Below, one piece after another: positions 62,325 to 64,000 of a stretch of DNA of 64,000 nt. This DNA is from Yuukianura sp. NJ FZ-2021. Lineage: Eukaryota. The notes under the pieces were generated by a model, which saw only the letters and a program-made list of their open reading frames with translations, did no database searches and had not been told where the DNA came from. Within the stretch, counting starts at the first letter, position 1. Every line of letters starts with the position of its first letter. A program made the position numbers and the translations under genes. The stretch is from the NCBI GenBank assembly GCA_046563655.1, contig CM102284.1, forward strand, positions 7,936,001 through 8,000,000. Reading direction: 5' to 3'.

Positions 62325-62911
62325 TATTAAGTAGCGAAGCTACTTGATACATCGACCTTGTCTGTCTGGCCGTCCGTCTCCGGCAATTATCTTGGAAACG
62401 GTTAAACATTTCCGGGATCTGTTTTCACCGGTGGACACCTAGTGACCCGGTGATGTTCACTATTGAATATCATCCCGGTGGGTCAACTCCTTCCGGGTCA
62501 AAGGTCAAGGTCAACCGGTTTAATCCCCGGTAACACGGAAAATGACCTCTACAAAACTTGTTCGTCTCATCGAGTGCAACAACTTTTGTGTACATTACAT
62601 GACCCCAAGTGACCTCCCTCCGGGTCAAAGGTCAACTTTTTTATTTTAGCGTTCTCCTGTTGTCCCATTGGAAGAAGTTGTGGAACCCACCCCCACTTTC
62701 CCGGGTGAACCCATCTCTACTCTCCAGGGGGAACCTGTTTCCATTCCCCCCGGGGGAACCCATCTCCACTCCCCCGGGGATCTCCGGGGAACCCATTTCT
62801 ACTCACTCGGGAAAGGGCGGCGGAAAAGTGGGGGAAACCCACCCCCACTCCCGGGGGGGGGGGCGCTATCTTCGCTACTTACGTACACCGGTTTACAACC
62901 GTTTATTTGTT
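62325..62911 (+). mobile_element. DINE-1/HINE-like element, copy 2 (co-duplicated with the carrier gene)
   Basis: Near-identical to 57878-58465, with identical flanks. Confidence 0.7.
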
Positions 62912-63492
62912 AAGAAAATGAGCGCGATTAAAAGAAATTCCACTAAAAAAAATACCGTCATTACATAAAAGAAATTAATAATTAAAACAAAACGGCAATA
63001 CTTCCATAAAAATTAAAAATTGATGGCAGTCAAAACGATTCGTCATGTTTTTATTAAAATTTTTACTTAACATGTACGTGTTGTTCAGCGAAAAGTAGAC
63101 ACCAACAAACTCAAAAGTTTGTTTATTTTCAAAATTCTGGGGGGTTATGAGTACCAAATTCAAAAAAAAAATAACCTGCGCAATATAAATTCGTTTAAAC
63201 GTGTCGTTTGTTGGCCTCAATCTCCCCCCAGAAATCGCAAATTTTAGAAAAAATGCCATGGAAACAATTTTGGGGTGTCTACTTTTCGCTGAACAGACAC
63301 AAACTACAAACTTTTTGAATTTTGAAGTAATTTTTTTTTTCAAAAAAAAAACTGTGTAGTACGGACGGGTTACAGAGAGCAGGAAGTATGTACTAAGGTA
63401 TGCGTTGTTAATTACTCAAGCTGTCACTTTCTTAATTTTCAAAATTTTCTTAAAAAGTCAAAATTTTCAATTTTTTTTTGAAATGGAGGTGA

Positions 63493-64000
63493 CTAGCGTG
63501 GCGGTTCGGTTTGATTTTTCCAGGACTGGTGGTAGGCCTTGAGTCTGTCCCAGAAAACGAGCATCAGGAGGGAGTAAGGACCTTGTCTGAAATCAAATTT
63601 CAAAATTTCGAAAATGAAATTCTGAAAAAAAAAGTTTAGTTTTTGCGAAAAAGAAAGTGACCTAAAGTAGCAGGCTGTGAAGCCCTTGAAAAAGGCGAGA
63701 AGCCCTTCAGATCTGTAAACCTTCACTATACATTCCAGAACTGATTTGTACAAGACCCCTGTAACATAAAGTACGAGAAAATAATTTACATAAATAAATC
63801 TATAATTTATATAAATAAATGAATTAAATATTATAATAAAAGTTAAGTACCTTTGCCCTGGGCATTTGTCTTCTGATTGTAGAATCGCGTTGCAATCAAG
63901 TCAAAGGGAGCCATACACACGGCCATGAAAAATCCAGCAGTAAAACACGCCGAAATCAAAGCTGCCCACGGACGGTCCGGAAATTGAAATTTCATGAACT
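63493..64000 (-). CDS. SLC25A35-like copy 4, 3' exons (continues beyond window)
   Basis: Near-identical to 60299-60807. Confidence 0.75.

Overview
Eukaryotic, intron-rich, gene-dense arthropod DNA. GT-AG introns of about 55-200 bp, a Rebers-Riddiford cuticle protein and (TTAGG)n motifs support this; a hexapod such as a springtail is plausible but cannot be shown from this window alone. 1-2.7 kb holds the 5' part of an apparently intact non-LTR retrotransposon on the minus strand; its ORF2 (APE+RT) follows ORF1 in the same frame directly after a single TGA-CAA-CCA. 2.8-16.7 kb is about 110 copies of a 127-bp satellite with higher-order structure. 16.7-21 kb holds TE debris and a DUF389 pseudogene abutting (CCTAA)n. 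21.5-54.3 kb is a compact gene cluster: RHBDD1-like, NKAP, DNAJC3, FKBP-type TPR, CutA, a 908-aa orphan, SMYD4-like, NOL8, Ajuba/WTIP-like, a clip-only secreted protein, neuferricin, AGXT2, a cuticle protein and a Cys-rich protein. It is interspersed with GG-terminated MITEs that have 8-bp TSDs and with foldback elements. 55.5-64 kb is a recent tandem array of SLC25A35-like genes with a DINE-1/Helentron-like element. The strongest leads are an operon-like CutA-TAA-TC-ATG-TPR arrangement (candidate dicistronic mRNA) and candidate stop-codon readthrough in the LINE. Exon boundaries were read by eye.
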